A DNA stretch of 63,779 nt, the filler included, from Phoronis australis (taxonomy: Eukaryota > Animalia > Phoronida): NCBI GenBank assembly GCA_002633005.1. It is 7 parts of 7 records of this genome, joined end to end, with 100 filler letters (N's around TTAATTAATTAA, not from the genome) between each part and the next. Parts side by side here need not be neighbours in the genome. Positions count along the whole stretch, not along the records: positions 1 to 22,996 come from NMRA01000230.1; 6 more parts are not named here. The stretch is one strand, 5' to 3'. Within the stretch, counting starts at the first letter, position 1, and every line of letters starts with the position of its first letter. The translations under genes and the position numbers were made by a program. The notes under the pieces are model-generated. The model was not told the DNA's origin, searched no databases, and saw nothing but the letters and a program-made list of their open reading frames with translations. This document shows positions 11,336-23,096 of the stretch, in pieces.

Positions 11336-13998
11336 TAGGCAATGACCATCGCCTCTGTTGGCCCGACCAGAGGCGATGCAGCTCCTATAGGCGCTCCATA
11401 CGCCGGAAGCTTTTCGGCGAATTATGCCTCCATATTATGTTAGAAAAACTTTAGTGGGAATCTCCGCGTGGGCAAACACCATTCAGAATCGATGATGCTG
11501 TTTCATTCATTAAAAACAGGTGACGCTGTAATCTTGAGTTGAACTAACATGGCGGTGTCAACCGGGAAAGAGTGCGAACCAAAATTCGAGGATAAAATAC
11601 GGAGCACACGCGGTAGTGGAAACATTCATATATTTTTGGAAAGATAACGTTGCGAGGAATCGAACGATGCCAAAATCGTGTGTTGGTCAACGTTTTCATA
11701 TTGTAAACAATTACCTATAATATAAAGGAAACCATAGCTAACTGTGTTCCTAAAACAAAAAAGTCTTTTACAAGAAGGTTAAGAAGATGGGGTCGACACC
11801 AAATTACAAACTATTCTATTTTGCACCAGCAAGAAAACAAAAATTGAAAAATTCACCATCAAATTAGTTTTTTTCAACTTGTGACAGGACATTTTTGCCC
11901 CTGAAGCTAAGCTGAAAAAGTGGTGTTTTAAAAAGGGAGCAACTTAGTACCTTGAAAATGACAAAACACTTCAAGACTATGGCTTGGTGAAAATGTTTCT
12001 TTTGCTCCAAAGGATTTTGAGATAATTCTGAAAAAGGAAATTTGCATAACAAATAAATTAATAATAAACAAAAACCAGAAACATAGTCCTTTTCAGAGTA
12101 TTTGGTTATTTATTTAAAAACCTGTGAGGTTATGTGAATTATTCTTTTTTCCTAATGTTTTCACAATCTGATGTTGCACACCATTTGATAAAAAATGATA
12201 ATATGTATTTTTCATTAAACAAAACTAGATTGGATCCTAAAATTTTAAAGAATTTTAAATCAATTTCATTCCTATCAAATAATATAGAAACTGAGAGGTG
12301 TTGTGTTGGTGACTTTCCAAAAAGAGTATATTCGTTTTTTAAGATGTTTTAATGCACTGCAGCATTGACAGAACATTTATTTTAATGAAAAAAGTAGTTT
12401 TCTAAAAATGAAACTAATCCCAAAGCCACCAAGAAGTAGAAAAGTAACAAAAAATAGTTTTGAAGAAACTTGGAAAAAGACTTTATCCTCAAAACTGAAG
12501 TTATTTTGAATTTTAAAAATATTCTACTCTATTTTAACGAAAAAATATTTCACCAGTTTGAGCCACTTTGGTAATTAAGAGAAGTTTTGACTGGTTCTGT
12601 AACGAATATTTGAACAATTAGGTTCAAGTTTAGTTTGAACCCTGGCAGGGGCCACCTCCCCCCCCCTTGACTGTCGCAAGCAAAATAAATCAGCAAAACC
12701 TGAAGCGGGAGGAAATACTGAGTTTGAGCTATAGGACCACGGTAGCGGACGAGGGGGGAAAACATGTTCGGTTGTTTTAGTCCAACCACAGATTTCCAGA
12801 GCAGAAGGTTTACATCCTCGACGCCCGCAACTTCTGGGCTGCCAGCCTTGCGTGCATACAAGCGCGCTTTGCCCGGCGCAGCTTCCGAGGATGTCGGGCC
12901 CCCCCCTAATGGTATCCTAGATCAGCCACTGAAAATGCTACTTGAGACAGAGCTATGAGAGCTTGCAACAGGGCAATTGATGGTGATCCGGAGGTCAGTA
13001 GATTGTTCACTGACCCATCACTCAGCGAAATGTTTCCCTCTCAAAAGGTCGCACAGGCACCTTCCCTAGGATATGAAGGAGGCCTCTGAAGAAACATGAT
13101 AACTATGATTGTTCCAGCCGAGGGGGGATCCAGGACTTTGAGTTAGGGGCGGACATGGCAGAGTATTATCCAGGATTTTGCCCGTCAGACAATCGCGCTC
13201 CTGAACTGCCAAATGGAATCTGGGAGAATTTTAAGGGGGGGCATGGCCCCCTTTGCTCCCCCCTAAATCCGCCACTGTGTTTTGTCCAGTTAACTGAAAT
13301 TGAACTCTAAAACGAGGTTATGCTTTGGATGAAAGAATTACCGGTAGGTGTTTTAATTTTAAAATTTAACTTGGTCGAGATTGATGTTTGAAAAATAATA
13401 TAACACATGAAACTGACGTAATTATTAAAACGAAGAAAGCAGAATTGATGGTCATACAATTTTTGTTTTCAATCGCGAGCCTGTTTTTTATCGTAATCAA
13501 AATATATATTTAAAAACATCAAGTATTATTTCAGAACAATGACAAATCAACTGTTAGTCCCGGTAGTGTCTTAACCTCACCAGGACCTAGGCTATGCTTG
13601 AAACTAGTAGGCCTACTCTTGATCAACAAATTATACCAGATGTGACTAATTGCACATGAAAGCAAAATGCTATGAGCCACCACTGTCGAACTATCTTCGA
13701 CTCGTCAATGAATACAACCTGATGACCTGGTTCGTGTAGAAAACATTTTTATCAAGAATTTAATAGAAGAAACGTACCTGTGCATTAAGCATGATACCTA
13801 ATCCGTAACACTACGATCGCATTTTTAAAGATTTAATATTCAGGTTGGACTCCAAAGACCGGCCATTTAACTCACGCAATGTAAATTTCCGCTTTGTTTA
13901 TCGCTGTGAGCCTCGCTTTGGATGGCCGCCGGGTGAATTGGGTCTATAGGAGCTGCATTGCCTCTGGTTAGGCCAGCAGAGGCGATGGTCATTGCCTA
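11336..13998. mobile_element. Non-autonomous TIR element with TAG...CTA termini (Academ-like)
   Basis: 55-bp TIRs at 11336-11390 (TAGGCAATGACCATCGCCTCTG...CTATAG) and 13944-13998. Flanks are GGG and GGT, an imperfect 3-bp TSD. No coding capacity. Confidence 0.75.
13120..13277 (-). mobile_element. CAGTGGCGGAT-family MITE (homologue of 17913-18069)
   Basis: Ends CCCCTAAATCCGCCACTG and matches the reverse complement of 17913-18069 along its length. Confidence 0.75.
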
Positions 13999-14153
13999 GG
14001 TGAGGAGTAGAACTACCCTAACTGTGTGCAATTTCGGGGTCTACGGAAGAAATACACATGCAGTGGTACCTAACTGTATTTTGACGAACGAAAGTCTTCA
14101 TACACCTAGCTGGCAGGCTACAAGTTGGGAAGATCACCCCTGTAGCCAATATA

Positions 14154-15703
14154 TAGTCCAGTTACCTATTGTCGTCAGGCTCCAAAGGTCGTCCGCCATC
14201 TTGTTTCGCGTGCAGCGCAACCACGCGGGACTTAGCGTTCCAATTTGGAGTGCTCGTCTGCACGTTAGGTACTAACTTATCGGAAGAGACACGTATCAAA
14301 GTAATGAGACAAAAATCGGTGAGTTTACCGATTGTTTTTTAAAACCACTTAAAAATCAGTAGATTTTACTAATACACTTCTTTGTGCATTTTCAGAAGAT
14401 GTTTTCGAATTTAAATTTTCTTCCGACGGGACACAAAACATGATCCAGGGTTTGTTTATGCAATGTATCTGTTTGTCCCAGGCACTAGTAGGATCTAGAA
14501 GGCCAAAGGAAAAATCCGCAGACAAATGCNNNNNNNNNNNNNNNNNNNNNNNNNNNNNNNNNNNNNNNNNNNNNNNNNNNNNNNNNNNNNNNNNNNNNNN
14601 NNNNNNNNNNNNNNNNNNNNNNNNNNNNNNNNNNNNNNNNNNNNNNNNNNNNNNNNNNNNNNNNNNNNNNNNNNNNNNNNNNNNNNNNNNNNNNNNNNNN
14701 NNNNNNNNNNNNNNNNNNNNNNNNNNNNNNNNNNNNNNNNNNNNNNNNNNNNNNNNNNNNNNNNNNNNNNNNNNNNNNNNNNNNNNNNNNNNNNNNNNNN
14801 NNNNNNNNNNNNNNNNNNNNNNNNNNNNNNNNNNNNNNNNNNNNNNNNNNNNNNNNNNNNNNNNNNNNNNNNNNNNNNNNNNNNNNNNNNNNNNNNNNNN
14901 NNNNNNNNNNNNNNNNNNNNNNNNNNNNNNNNNNNNNNNNNNNNNNNNNNNNNNNNNNNNNNNNNNNNNNNNNNNNNNNNNNNNNNNNNNNNNNNNNNNN
15001 NNNNNNNNNNNNNNNNNNNNNNNNNNNNNNNNNNNNNNNNNNNNNNNNNNNNNNNNNNNNNNNNNNNNNNNNNNNNNNNNNNNNNNNNNNNNNNNNNNNN
15101 NNNNNNNNNNNNNNNNNNNNNNNNNNNNNNNNNNNNNNNNNNNNNNNNNNNNNNNNNNNNNNNNNNNNNNNNNNNNNNNNNNNNNNNNNNNNNNNNNNNN
15201 NNNNNNNNNNNNNNNNNNNNNNNNNNNNNNNNNNNNNNNNNNNNNNNNNNNNNNNNNNNNNNNNNNNNNNNNNNNNNNNNNNNNNNNNNNNNNNNNNNNN
15301 NNNNNNNNNNNNNNNNNNNNNNNNNNNNNNNNNNNNNNNNNNNNNNNNNNNNNNNNNNNNNNNNNNNNNNNNNNNNNNNNNNNNNNNNNNNNNNNNNNNN
15401 NNNNNNNNNNNNNNNNNNNNNNNNNNNNNNNNNNNNNNNNNNNNAAATTCGAAAACATCTTCTGAAAACGCACAAAAAAGTGTATTAGTAAAATCTACTG
15501 ATTTTTAAGTGGTTTTAAAAAACAATCGGTAAACTCACCGATTTTTGTCTCATTACTTTGATACGTGTCTCTTCCGATAAGTTAGTACCTAACGTGCAGA
15601 CGAGAACTCCAAATTGGAACGCTAAGTCCCGCGTGGTTGCGCTGCACGCGAAACAAGATGGCGGACGAACTTTGGAGCCTGACGAAAATAGGTAACCGGA
15701 CGA
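14154..15703. mobile_element. Long-TIR foldback element (Academ-like TAGTCC terminus) spanning a scaffold gap
   Basis: 14154-~14411 is nearly the exact reverse complement of ~15445-15703. Termini TAGTCCAGTTACC and GGTAACCGGACGA. 4-bp TSD TATA at 14150-14153 and 15704-15707. The centre is an N gap. Confidence 0.8.
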
Positions 15704-17389
15704 TATAAGATATTTGAACTTTAGCAAGTAGCATTTCTGAATTCCATGTGAAATGCTGATCATGTTTAGTTTTTGAATCTCCAAAATTGCCCAACTAGAA
15801 CCGAAGTAAAGAACGCAACTTATTCGTTACTGTTTATAAACAAGCAAAGACTGTGCTGGGCACTGGAGCCAGATGTTATGGCACGTTCAGTCACGCCTGG
15901 AAAAGTTGCTGTAAGACAGAACGCCGTCATGAGTGATGCTTGAAACACATTTTCACAAAATAGCGACAAGACTACCTTTTGAAGAGAGGAAGAAACAGCA
16001 AACGGCCAACAAAGTTGGTGCTTCCATTCTATTTTGCTCTGGCTGAATTCAGTGGTGGTGAATATAAGGCAGACGACAAGCTTTTAAAAGGGCGCCAATG
16101 TATCGTTTCTCCGAGTTATCGCTAGTTTGCGCTGCTATCTGCGGTTGGGATCGACTACACGTACTTGTGAAATAAGTCGTTACTCGGGCGAAAAATGATT
16201 AACTCCTAGAAAGTGAAATTTATCAGTTGCTGTATAAAATAAATAGAAGCAAGTAAATTGCACAAGTAAAAAGTTTGACAACACAAAATCATATCTGTTA
16301 AAAATCCATCATTGAACCCGGCTAAAAGATCATTTATAGCCGGTAGACAAATAGCCGTGTTCACTTCATACTGAAGCTGGGAAGAAAGATTGAGAATCCT
16401 TTCTAAATAAAAATCATTTTTATGTCTTGCTAAATAATTAAGAGTTATCCAGGGTCCACAGGTTTCGCCTTTAAAACGACGCCAATCTGCCTGAATTCGT
16501 GTAATACGCAAACACTATCGGGATTACGTTACAGCCAACAATGGCATGTATGACGCATGTATATGCCTGATCATTCTCGTTGGGCGTCGCTTTGCAAAAC
16601 CTCTCACTCATAAGTTTCATTCGCGCACCCAGCCTAAAATATTGGGGAGAGGTCTCGAAGTTTTCGGTAAGCGGACCTTTTACTGACAAAAATTAACGGG
16701 GACTAAAAAAACGGGCTACTAGGTTCAGCGCAGAATTCCTAGGGACTTTTGTCTCGTTTACACGGAAACTTTTTTTCGCCAAATTCGTCAATTTGGGGGG
16801 CTCGTTCGAGCCTCTGAACCCCCCTGGGTGCGCCCATGAGTTTGTGTTTGTGATGCCACTATCATTCAATGATCTACTCTTTCAACTATCGTCGTCGGAA
16901 AGACATTGATGTAAATGATTCGAAAGATTGTTAAAAAAACTATCAAAGGCTAACGAACAGCTTAATTTTCAATGAAACATATGTACAGTATCAAGAATGT
17001 CTGCTACCCAAATACACATACAGAATATAATTAGCTCCATGACCCGCTGCAGTCCGAGAAGAACCTTCACATTTGAGTACAGGAAGCAATTCTTTTTGCA
17101 AGACACATTGGTGGCGGCATGCGAAAACTAACAGCAATTTGACTAGTCAAATCAAAACAGTTTGGCGTCAATTTGAAGGAAACGCAAAAAATCACTTGGG
17201 ATGCATGAAATTTTGCAACGTATCCACTCGTATGCTGATAAAGAGCAGTCTACAAACACGGTCATTAAAAGTCCTTGATAATTTATATAAAGGTGCTACC
17301 TTTACACCACAAGAGCAAAAAACAAATAAATTTTGTCATCAACTTACAGAAGATGAACATAATTTCTGTCATTAGCGATGAGTGTACAC

Positions 17390-18371
17390 CTTGAACCTCG
17401 ATTTGATTCGTACAAAAACATGTTGAACTTGGAAAAAAATATACCATGATATTGAAATCTTTCAGAGAGAAGGCTTTGTTAATGTTAGTAAGAACATTAA
17501 AGAAAAACTGAAAGCAGAAGGGACAAAAACAGATCCAACTCAAGAAATTCCAAAAGCGTCTTAACCGATGTTCGTGCTGCCGCTAAACAACTTCGGGACA
17601 ATGATGATATTGTGATTAGAAAGTCCGAGTACCAAGATAAGCTGAATGACATCATCGCCAACACGTCGGCAAATTTTCAGAGTATAAATCTTAAACATTA
17701 AGAACTAAACCGTTTAATTAAGCTGGCTAATGTTCACAAGAATTAAGTAAGCCCCATTTCCAATTTGCTGGGGGGGGATCTGAAGGATATGCCTCTATGG
17801 TAACCCAAAGCACATAAACCTGGGTATCCACGGAAACCCATCATTTCTCAAATGCTAACCCCTACGTGCCAAATAGCTGAAACATTACATAAATTCATCA
17901 AACAGTACTTACCAGTGGCGGATTTAGAGGGGAGCCAAGGGGGCCATGGCCCCCCTAAAAATCTTCCAGATTCCATTTGGCAATTCGGGGGTGCGAAGGT
18001 CTCACGGGCAACGTCCGGGCTAATACTCTGCCCTAGCCCCCCTAGCTCAAAATCCTGGATACGCCCCTGCTTACCATATATGTACAATGTCAAATCTTGA
18101 GATGACTTTTCAGCTTTTTTACGATCTATTGACACAACGCCAAATGGCTATCCAGCATCTCTCGGTGTTGAAAGCCTATTCATTAACACTTCTGTTGTCG
18201 AAACTGTAGAAACCACCATTTCTTTGATTGTGTGTAAAGTCACGTACATATTAGTGGCTCCTAACATTCCTAACGAGGAACTACTAGTTTTGCTATTACT
18301 TTGTACGACAAAAGTACCATTTAACAATATTGACGGCAAACTATATTTGCAAAGCAATGGTGTCTCTCGGA
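17390..18371 (+). mobile_element. Penelope-like retroelement RT remnant
   Basis: LYGNPKAHKPGYPRKPIISQMLTPTCQIAE...PNGYPASLGVESLFINTSVVETVE...LLLCTTKVPFNNIDGKLYLQSNGVS corresponds to the PLE RT motifs YGxPKxHK..PLRPIIS, SLDVxSLFTNVP and YxQxxGVAMG. Contains stops and a MITE insertion. The 5' limit is approximate. Confidence 0.8.
17913..18069 (+). mobile_element. 157-bp MITE with 5-bp TSD
   Basis: TIRs CAGTGGCGGATTTAG and CTGGATACGCCCCTG. CTTAC is duplicated at 17908-17912 and 18070-18074. It interrupts the Penelope RT frame. Confidence 0.85.
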
Positions 18372-18465
18372 NTTATTAATCCCCCGTATGTTCACCAGCC
18401 TACTCAAACAAAACGTCCGACGTAATGTCTGTTTATGCTCCAGCCAGTGCTGCGAAGCCTTGACT

Positions 18466-18979
18466 TGTCATGAACTTCTGAGACACATTCAGCAACTGTT
18501 ACACTCGTCGATTCAATAACCTGCTGTCTCTATAGCTGGCTCTCTATTGACTATCGCTGTAACTGCTGATTCTCTTCACTGCAACTCAATTGTAGTTCTC
18601 CTGATCAACTTTCTTGATGAACTGACTTCATCTTCTCTTACTCTGACGTGATCTTCTCTTGAACTGACTTGATTTGACTAACACAAACCCGTGCTAGTGT
18701 ATTGATAGCCTAATGCATTGTTCTGGAACTTTTCATCAATTCAAGCACATTCTATAACTTTCCTGAATCTACCCAACCATTCTACAAATATGTACTAGTC
18801 TCTAGAATATTCTAGACTGCATTAATCACTGTCATGCTAGAGTCTTCTAGAAAGTTCCACACTATATTGCAGTGAACAAATTACATCATCACTACTGAAC
18901 TCAATCTACTAGAAAGTTCCATACTATTCTGTAGTAAACAAATTACATCATCATTGTACTCAATTCAGGGGTCATGTCA
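18466..18979 (-). mobile_element. Putative LTR (TG...CA)
   Basis: Bounded by TGTCATGA and TCATGTCA, with clustered TTCTAGAA-like motifs and an internal short duplication. No TSD or clear PBS seen. Confidence 0.4.
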
Positions 18980-19095
18980 ATCAAACAGAATAACAAAACA
19001 AAACAATACAACCAAAAATACTGACAGACTATATTCTGACATTGATTATGATAAACGTGGCCTTAAAACGTCTGTGTAATTATAGAAAACCAACA

Positions 19096-19225
19096 TACCG
19101 AGAGTGGCGTAAATGAAGTGATATCCCCGAAACATTATTCCTCATATTGACCGAGACCGAGGTTCGAGGTCGACACGCGGAATAATGTCGAGTGGGATAA
19201 TACTTCATCTAAGCCAATCGAGGTA
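19096..19225. repeat. ~130-bp imperfect palindrome
   Basis: Arm TACCGAGAGTGGC-ATGAAGT-ATCCC-CATTATTCC-GACC pairs with GGTC-GGAATAATG-GGGAT-ACTTCAT-GCCAATCGAGGTA. Confidence 0.7.
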
Positions 19226-20318
19226 AGATTTGTATACATCCCGTACGCTTCAACTTCCTAAGTTCCTTTTTAGGTAGTTTTCTCTAGTACAAAGGAGTTT
19301 TAAGGGTAACTTGAAAAGATGAAAACAACGGTAATTGTGCAATGAGCTTGTAACATTTCCTGGAAAATAGTTAAGTAAGAACAAAAAATACTTGATATTG
19401 TAGTTACCGAGGAATCGGCGCCTGGGTTGCAGACAATATAATATTTAGCGATTGAAAACTGAGACAAAAGTGTCATATAATTAACAGTTTTGTATCAAAT
19501 GTTACGTTTGGGACCTGGTAGCATAATGAATATTACTTATACCGTTGTAATTTTATTACTTTAAACAATTTTAAAAAGTTTGATGATCGAACAGCGTAAC
19601 GAAATCGAGTCGACATTGATATGCGTGTGCATGTGCATGTGCGTGTGCTGGCGCGTGTGCAACAATGGGCATAATTACTTAAAACACGAGAAACTGCATA
19701 AGGGGGTTTGGAAAGAAATACCGAAGGTTTCGTTATCACATGGCACTGTTTTTACGTCACCAAGTGACCCGTCTTGACAAATCATCATGGAGCCTGTTCG
19801 CAAACAAAAATAGTACCTGTTTTTGAGCACAAGATTTAGCTCTAATTTGGGGCAAGAATAAGTCTCATGACTAGAAGTTGATTTTTTAAGCTGGGCAATT
19901 TGAAAGCTGTACATGTTTACGAAAGAAAGAAAAGAATACACCTAAGACACACCATGTTAAAAATCCTCCGTTTCTACAAAACGTATCATTTGAGATACTG
20001 ACTCACGAATGTACATGTATTTCATGTCAAGAGACTTAATCTGCATCAAAAATTATAGACTATATTCTATGATCTGCAGTATACAGTGTAGAAGACGGCA
20101 GTGTGCTTATTGCAGGTAGACAGACGGTAGGTGTTGAGGTCGGAACTAGGGCTCCTTTGGAGGCCTATTGAACATCGCACAAGTCCCGCAAGACTTTAAT
20201 TGTTGTGAAAGAACAGCCTCCCCGCAATTTCTGGTACTGTACACTTTTCGCGAATGCGGTCACTTTCTCAATGTGAGTGCCCCCTTGGTCATTCCTTGTA
20301 TAGACATAACTTGTTATA

Positions 20319-20752
20319 GAGTGTGTCTTCAAACGGACTCGCGACCAGACCACGGCGCCCGCCACAATAGCAATTCTTCGGAAAAAGAATTTTTTTCAAA
20401 AATATTACATGTAAATGTACACAATATTACATGTACATGTACACTGTATGATATTGCGCAAGATAACTTTACTATACACCAGTTAAAAACGTGTTGAGTG
20501 TAATAAAATGACACGGCATGACAGATGAGGTAAAAACGTTGCACGTCAATTCGCCTGAATATCAGGGTTGCGNNNNNNNNNNNNNNNNNNNNNNNNNNNN
20601 NNNNNNNNNNNNNNNNNNNNNNNNNNNNNNNNNNNNNNNNNNNNNNNNNNNNNNNNNNNNNNNNNNNNNNNNNNNNNNNNNNNNNNNNNNNNNNNNNNNN
20701 NNNNNNNNNNNNNNNNNNNNNNNNNNNNNNNNNNNNNNTAGATCCGCCACTG
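20319..20752 (+). repeat. Dispersed repeat end, also present at ~24936-25561
   Basis: About 250 bp (GAGTGTGTCTTCAAACGGACTCGCG...CAGGGTTGCG) recurs at ~24936-25167. Both copies are followed by AGATCCGC(C/T)ACTG. Confidence 0.8.
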
Positions 20753-22996
20753 ATCCACCAGTGAAGTCTTCGTCGTCTGAACTCTCGTCTAAGTTGGGAT
20801 TGCTAGTTACCATGTTGACGTTTATTGTTCTGCGTTCTGTTTCAAAATGAATTATTCTAACCAATGCTTATATAAAACTGAAACAAAGTCTGTATCATTA
20901 CATACAATTTATAATGCCTTTGAAGTATTTGTGAGTGCAAATGTTTTGAGAAGCCAGCAACGAATAAACCACTGCGTTACCGGCTTTTTAGAAAGGTAAT
21001 TGACCGGGCACCGAGGTCGTGTGAGCCCATGCTAATTCAGTGTTTGTTGAGAGAAAGATGTGAAACAATAACTCGATTTTATATGCTATAGTCACATGTT
21101 AGGGAATCTTTATTTATATGTACATGTACAAATACGTTATTCAAATCATAGTTACTGGCTATACAACTTTTGCCCCGACGGTTCTGTGGAAGGGGAACCT
21201 GCCCTTAAGGGCCCGTGACAAGTTAGTAGTTTCAGTTTCGTGGCAAATTCACCAAAATAATTACGTGTACGTTATTTGTGTGGCTCACTAGTCTTTTCGT
21301 GACTGGAGGTTTCGTTTCCAACTTAATGCTGGTTATGTTCGTGATGTCCAGTCCCCGGCCGGCGGCTGCGCCGGCGTTTTCGGGTTCCGAGCCACTGTCT
21401 GGGATAACAAGCGTTTTGTGTGTTTAGAACTGAAAAAAATCACAAGTCTAAAATTACATGCACGGTTATGTTCTCCTGTCTGTATTACATGGAAGAATGA
21501 TTCGATTTTTTCACCAAACAGACCTGAACTCCCGCGATCGATAGTAAATTGGCCAGTACCAAACTCCGTAGGCTATGGTACGTTCAAATACCTATAAATC
21601 CGTAACAGTGAAATAAAACAACCCGTTTGTTCAAGAACTAGACGTATCTGTAAGGGTTTTAAATCGAAGTTTGATGATTTATTGGTGTAAAACGATGAAT
21701 TCAAGCGTTAAGTTGACACCAGCGTAAGCGTGTTGTGAACGACTGAACAGACTGCTTCGAACCGATTACGGCATTGGTTAATTTCAACACATCCGTCTGG
21801 TAAAACAACTGAACTTGCTGTTATCGAGTGAAACTACTCCATCTAAAGTGATACAAAATAGGTAGTTTTCGGGGTGGCATTCTCCTTTAAATCCAACCTA
21901 TTCAAGACGGAAAGTGACACCTGTTGGTAATGGTAGTAAGCACCAATGTAGTAAAACAAAAACATTTCGAAAAACATCTAAAATTAAATTCAACCACATT
22001 TTTGAGGTGATGTAAAGACATTTGAAGCATAGCACTAGAATAAAAATTACACTACATGTAAATTAAACTTTTCATCCGATATCACTTCTAGAGGCATGCA
22101 CAAAGTCAGCACATTTTACTTCTGTCAAAATAAGCCTTCTTGAATGCTTAAAATAAGTAGATATTAAACACTGTTTTGGCTTAAAACAGATATTAGCAAC
22201 AACTTTCCCATCCAGCTCCCTAATGTAAAATAATGTACTGAAACCCTTGTCAGCTCTCTAAAATTTGGAGGAAGTTTGAAAACTTCTTACAAAGCCTGCT
22301 AAACCATGAGGCATTACAATGTTTAAGGCGAGTTACACAATAACTGTGGGAAAGACCATAAACCAAAAACCCCAGAGAGTAAGCGTTTTAGTTGAATAAT
22401 ACTTTCATCACCCAAGTGGGACGCCGACGTTGCGTTACCAGAGGACAGAACGAGGTTTGTGTGAAATCGCTAAAACAGGGTTTGGTATCCCTTTCAATAA
22501 AACCACAACAATGCACAAATACAGAAAAAATTAATTTGTTCTTAAAACTGCATCCTGACTCGAACAATGTGGACAGCTTTTCATGAACATCACAGACATT
22601 TTATCACAAAATAATCATTTGTTTATCTCTTTTGATTTCGGTCTTCTTAGCCTCTTGATCAGTAGGAAGACCTTGTTCGTTAACTGACCGGCAAAGGCAA
22701 ACAGTCTCAAAGGAAAGGTGCTGCAAAAGAATAGAAACGTCAACGTGAATAATTATGTACATGTGAAGGTTATGGACTTTAAGTACTCGGAAAGCAGACG
22801 ATATTTACAGTTTTTGGCCACAACATTGACAAGGAGGAAACAACAAAACTTTTAACACATTGGTACTCGCGTATTACATACAATGACCTGGCAAAATTAC
22901 CATTGCACATTTTGTTTCAAGCAATAAATTGTGCCTAATTCCAACTAGTAAGATCAGTACAATCACCCAAAGTCCCGGGTGTAGCTGTGCTGATGC

Positions 22997-23096
22997 NNNN
23001 NNNNNNNNNNNNNNNNNNNNNNNNNNNNNNNNNNNNNNNNTTAATTAATTAANNNNNNNNNNNNNNNNNNNNNNNNNNNNNNNNNNNNNNNNNNNN
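22997..23096. other. Artificial contig-join spacer N44-TTAATTAATTAA-N44
   Basis: Exactly 100 bp. The same construct occurs at 27477-27576, 33246-33345, 36052-36151, 50399-50498 and 59963-60062. Confidence 0.95.

Noticed and set aside
14349-15488. Longest ORFs in the track (320-374 aa)
   Set aside because: Almost entirely X from an N gap. The same applies to ORFs at 20518-20864.
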